Below are positions 60,845 through 64,000 of a DNA stretch of 64,000 nt, in pieces. Location: IMG/VR virus record IMGVR_UViG_3300010160_000028; one strand, given 5' to 3'. The notes beneath the pieces were generated by a model, which had not been told where the DNA came from, did not search any database, and saw only the letters and a program-made list of their open reading frames with translations. The position numbers and the translations under genes are program-made. Source of the DNA: an uncultured virus (IMG/VR IMGVR_UViG_3300010160_000028) (Duplodnaviria; Heunggongvirae; Uroviricota; Caudoviricetes). Numbering within the stretch: the stretch's first letter is position 1; every line of letters begins with the position of its first letter.

Positions 60845-61217
60845 AGAACGTGAATCAATTAAAGTCCTCCAAGAATGTGCTGAGATCCAGCTAAAGAAGT
60901 CGAAAGACTATCAGAACGAAGCATCACGCATTCGCCAAGCTGACTACTATCCTCGTGGTGTAGCTACCATCACCGATCTCATCTATGCCAAGACTCTGCG
61001 TATGCAATCTGTCATCGAAGCGATGGAAAAAGATCCTACATATACGCCTAACTTCGAATCCATTGTAGACTCTGCAATGGATCTGATTAACTATGCGTCG
61101 TTCGTCGTTGCTTATTCTCGTGGTAAGATGGACGGTCAATCACCAGATCGTGACTTCCTCAATCGTCCTGTCAAGATAGTTGGCGCGGGCGTTGGAGGTA
61201 ATCTTGCTGAAGGTTGA
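60837..61217 (+). CDS. Nucleotide-modification-associated domain protein (Nmad1/DUF1599-like)
   Basis: 'KKSKDY', 'K..R...' and 'ESIVDSAMDLINYA'; adjacent to the gp42-like gene. Confidence 0.7.
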   Translation: MSKERESIKVLQECAEIQLKKSKDYQNEASRIRQADYYPRGVATITDLIYAKTLRMQSVIEAMEKDPTYTPNFESIVDSAMDLINYASFVVAYSRGKMDGQSPDRDFLNRPVKIVGAGVGGNLAEG

Positions 61218-61854
61218 AGATATTCGTAATCACTTCATTGATGAATTGATGGACAGTAACTTTGTCACTGATAAGACTGGTGTCAAAACCATCGAGATGA
61301 TCGGTGCTACATTCGAAGCAGATGAACCAACCATTTTCGGTGATGTAAATGATGATTACATTCAACGTGAGCTTGAATGGTACGAGTCAATGTCATTGTA
61401 TGTCGATGATATTCCTGGTGTTACTCCTGCTATCTGGCAGAAAGTTGCTGATCGTGGTGGCAAGATCAATTCCAATTATGGTTGGGCTATCTATCATAAA
61501 GATAACGGTTTGCAATATATGCGTGTCTTCAATCAATTATTACATTTGCCAAATAGTCGTCGCGCAGTCATGATCTACACTCGACCTACTATGTGGGAAG
61601 ATTACAAGCGTGATGGTATGAGCGACTTCATGTGTACTAATACTGTACAGTATATGATTCGTAATGAGCAGCTTGTTGCAATCGTTCAGATGCGTTCGAA
61701 TGATGTTGTCTTCGGTTATCGTAACGACTATGCATGGCAAAAGCATGTTGCTGATACTTTGACAGCAGACTTAGGATTAACAAAAGAACCAAAAATTATT
61801 TGGCATGTTGGTAGTCTTCATGTGTACGAAAGACATTTTGATAAGGTAAAGTAA
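61204..61854 (+). CDS. gp42: dCMP hydroxymethylase (thymidylate synthase fold)
   Basis: Closely matches T4 gp42 as recalled: 'DKTGVKTIE', 'YIQRELEWY', 'INSNYGWAI', 'DGMSDFMCTNTVQY', 'MRSNDVVFG.RNDYAWQ' (cytosine-specifying Asp) and 'GSLHVY'. TTG start follows a GGAGGT RBS. Confidence 0.9.
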   Translation: MLKVEDIRNHFIDELMDSNFVTDKTGVKTIEMIGATFEADEPTIFGDVNDDYIQRELEWYESMSLYVDDIPGVTPAIWQKVADRGGKINSNYGWAIYHKDNGLQYMRVFNQLLHLPNSRRAVMIYTRPTMWEDYKRDGMSDFMCTNTVQYMIRNEQLVAIVQMRSNDVVFGYRNDYAWQKHVADTLTADLGLTKEPKIIWHVGSLHVYERHFDKVK

Positions 61855-62279
61855 TGAAAGACGTTTTATATTATTCAACTCAGAGTGGCCACGAGATCAG
61901 TGATGATGTCGTGGTCGTTGGGTTATGCCCTTCGAGTAACGATGTCCGTTCGAGATCAGATACGTATTGGCGTCTCAAGAACTGGATGAACATCGTAGGT
62001 CAATATGCATACGACTTCTACAACGTGATTCCTGATATTGTCGACGCAGAGCCGAAGATGGCGAACGTCAATCTTGAGGATATAAATACTAAGCTAAGCA
62101 AGTTTAGAGATAAGAAGGTGATTGCTCTCGGCAACTTTCCTTCGAAGGTACTCGACAAGCTTGGCATAGATCACCTCAAGATCGGTCATCCTTCAATGCG
62201 TAATAGAAAGTGGAACGACTTTCATAACGTAACGATGACTCTTGAAAATATGAAAGATTATCTGCGTGGAACTCACTGA
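61854..62279 (+). CDS. Uracil-DNA-glycosylase-superfamily-like protein
   Basis: 'VVVVGLCPS', 'VIALGN' and 'HPSMRNRKWN' match the UDG fold motif order. Confidence 0.65.
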   Translation: MKDVLYYSTQSGHEISDDVVVVGLCPSSNDVRSRSDTYWRLKNWMNIVGQYAYDFYNVIPDIVDAEPKMANVNLEDINTKLSKFRDKKVIALGNFPSKVLDKLGIDHLKIGHPSMRNRKWNDFHNVTMTLENMKDYLRGTH

Positions 62280-63426
62280 ATATTATGACGAGTATATCCG
62301 ATATTTCTATCTAGCAAAAGATCAGCAAGCCAAGTGTAATCTTGGTTCTGTGCCATACCTCGAATCGAATATGAACGACGACCTCCTCGAGAACGTAGAG
62401 CTCTATGACGTCGTCGAACGTAAGTATGCGGGATTCTCACAGATTGTCAATGACGTTTTCTATGGATGGACTCCGGAACATCCATACTGGGACAAGATGG
62501 AAAAAGGCCATCATACATACCAAAGGAAGACGATTGCCACCGACTGGACTGGTAAGCACTCTGACTTTCAACTTGCCGAATGGTTGTATGTGTTCCTTCT
62601 CCATCGTGTGACTGGTTCTGGTATCAACTACTCTGTAAAACCTTCGGGCTATTCGAACACCGTTCTTCCACATCTCTACAAGTTTAATACTATTGAAGAG
62701 ATGACGCGATTCATCAACGTTTATCCATATCCATTCTACACGTCGGTAGGTTATCAGTTTCCTTCCTTTCCAAAGCCGAAACCTGGTTACAAGAGAGGTG
62801 GAGACTATTATCTTTCTGAGTATGCACCTCGTCTTTGCCGAGAAATGGCAGAGTGGCTCGAAGGCAATAACTCCAAGAAAGATCTTCGCGAAATCGGAGA
62901 ATGGATGTTTGACTGGAATACTAAGAATGGACTTCGTGTTTATCGATTCCAATATGCTGCATTCGTAGCAGACATTGCCGATTGGTTTCCGCAGTATGTC
63001 AATCTTGAAAGCCCATTCTATTATGGTACGAATGCGGTAGAATGTATCTCATATCTTGCTAACAATACAGATAAGTTGCAAAAAGAAAAGTTCCTCGACA
63101 AGGTAATGGAAAAGATTTATGCAGATACAGGCGCGTTCCCTTACAATGCAGAAGATGTATGCTGCGACTTTATCCGATGGGTCGAGAACTATGTGAAACC
63201 GGGTGGAGCTTACAATCATCTCGATTTTGACTCACTGTGGTCGTCATGCAAAATTAAAGATCACCCGTATGGTCGACAAAAGGCAATGCTGGATCTAGGC
63301 CTCGTGAGAACTTTCAATGGTATGACAAACCATCCATCCGATGATACTGTTCTCAAGCAAGTTGGCATGAGTGTACAAGACTATAAGGCAAAAGTAAATG
63401 AACATGTTAACACAACTGCTCGGTGA
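62266..63426 (+). CDS. Putative amino-acid:DNA transferase / aGPT-pyrophosphorylase-like protein, paralogue A
   Basis: Motif order 'DDLL...YDVVER', 'LLHR', 'FQYAAFVADI...YGTNA' and 'AEDVCCDFIRW' resembles the aGPT-Pplase family; lies next to gp42. Confidence 0.5.
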   Translation: MELTEYYDEYIRYFYLAKDQQAKCNLGSVPYLESNMNDDLLENVELYDVVERKYAGFSQIVNDVFYGWTPEHPYWDKMEKGHHTYQRKTIATDWTGKHSDFQLAEWLYVFLLHRVTGSGINYSVKPSGYSNTVLPHLYKFNTIEEMTRFINVYPYPFYTSVGYQFPSFPKPKPGYKRGGDYYLSEYAPRLCREMAEWLEGNNSKKDLREIGEWMFDWNTKNGLRVYRFQYAAFVADIADWFPQYVNLESPFYYGTNAVECISYLANNTDKLQKEKFLDKVMEKIYADTGAFPYNAEDVCCDFIRWVENYVKPGGAYNHLDFDSLWSSCKIKDHPYGRQKAMLDLGLVRTFNGMTNHPSDDTVLKQVGMSVQDYKAKVNEHVNTTAR

Positions 63427-64000
63427 GCATGAATTTGATATTGAATATCCGAATATTGCCGAAGTCGAGTATGACGACAAAGGAAAGCCGAAGCAATCAT
63501 GGATGAAAGACTGGACTCAAGAGGAGAGGACTGAAAAGTTCTTTGAGTTTTGTCGTGAATATGATTTGCGTCGAGACTCTCTTCTTCGTGACAACTATCA
63601 ACAGTTCAGTCATCGCATGCATTGGCATGAATGTCCTTTCGTTGATGAGATCAAGGAAGTCGAAGATTTTAAGACTGTACTCGAAGCATGCCTTATCTTC
63701 TCTTTTAGCAATGAACACTGGAAAACTTTTAAAGCATGGCAATCTGGAGGTCCGGAAGCTATGCGTACTCGTTTTATATCTGAACGTCATGCTCGCTCAG
63801 ATCTTTTTCAAATCTATTATCCAAAAGATACGAGTGTAAAAGATTGGCTGTGTGAAGTTCCTACGGCATTTGCAGAGAAGCATGCTGAAAGCTTGTTTGA
63901 GAAACGCAATCGACCTTATACGATGATGGAGTTTGCTAAGAAGTTGAACACGATCTTCGTCGAGGAATTTGGTTTTCGTAATGCCATGTATCCTTGTAAG
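63398..64000 (+). CDS. Putative amino-acid:DNA transferase-like paralogue B (truncated by window end; absent from ORF track)
   Basis: Open frame from ATG 63398 (alternative 63404) to the window end: '...FFEFCREYDLRRDSLLRDNYQQFSHRMHWHECPF...CLIFSFSNEHW...GFRNAMYPCK'. Confidence 0.5.
   Translation, partial: MNMLTQLLGEHEFDIEYPNIAEVEYDDKGKPKQSWMKDWTQEERTEKFFEFCREYDLRRDSLLRDNYQQFSHRMHWHECPFVDEIKEVEDFKTVLEACLIFSFSNEHWKTFKAWQSGGPEAMRTRFISERHARSDLFQIYYPKDTSVKDWLCEVPTAFAEKHAESLFEKRNRPYTMMEFAKKLNTIFVEEFGFRNAMYPCK

Noticed and set aside
61204..61854. Ordinary thymidylate synthase or dUMP hydroxymethylase
   Set aside because: The sequence follows T4 gp42 closely and has Asp, not Asn, at the base-specificity position. 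A dCMP hydroxylase variant cannot be excluded without phylogeny.
62081..62088. TATAAATA inside the UDG-like gene
   Set aside because: It lies within coding sequence; it could drive late expression of ORF A, but a chance match cannot be excluded.
63372..63400. TGTACA upstream of ORF B
   Set aside because: The hexamer at 17-nt spacing is TAAATG, which lacks the conserved final T and overlaps the start codon.
1..64000. tRNA or rRNA genes
   Set aside because: Intergenic gaps are short and none shows a cloverleaf or T-loop pattern by eye; tRNAscan-SE would confirm.

Overview
A 64-kb segment of a large T4-like myovirus genome; the host cannot be determined from this window. 1-28.9 kb holds baseplate and fibre genes: a gp8-like wedge, a VrlC/DUF4815-like pair, several modular collagen-containing fibres, a Gly-rich adhesin-like gene and a repeat protein with mirror symmetry. 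28.9-37.1 kb is a 12-gene cassette of modifying enzymes: five 2OG-Fe(II) oxygenases, a GT60/Gnt1-like and a GT2-like glycosyltransferase, a family-16 methyltransferase, a sulfotransferase-like gene, a CxxCxxCC protein and two paralogous unknowns. 37.2-52.2 kb is the canonical T4 morphogenesis block (gp13-gp23, gp3). 52.2-58 kb carries uvsY, uvsW, gp55, gp47 and gp46. 58-64 kb carries a peptide deformylase and a DNA-modification module: an NTP-pyrophosphatase, an Nmad1-like gene, a gp42-like dCMP hydroxymethylase, a UDG-like gene and two putative amino-acid:DNA-transferase paralogues. The strongest candidate novelties are (i) a late-expressed system for post-translational modification of virion proteins, (ii) a putative cytosine hypermodification pathway using enzymes known from thymidine hypermodification, (iii) a repeat protein with matched copy numbers in two mirrored arms, (iv) a recurrent TGTACA-N17-TAnnnT promoter class, and (v) a likely protease-processed capsid polyprotein. 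All family assignments come from motif recognition by eye; no searches were run.
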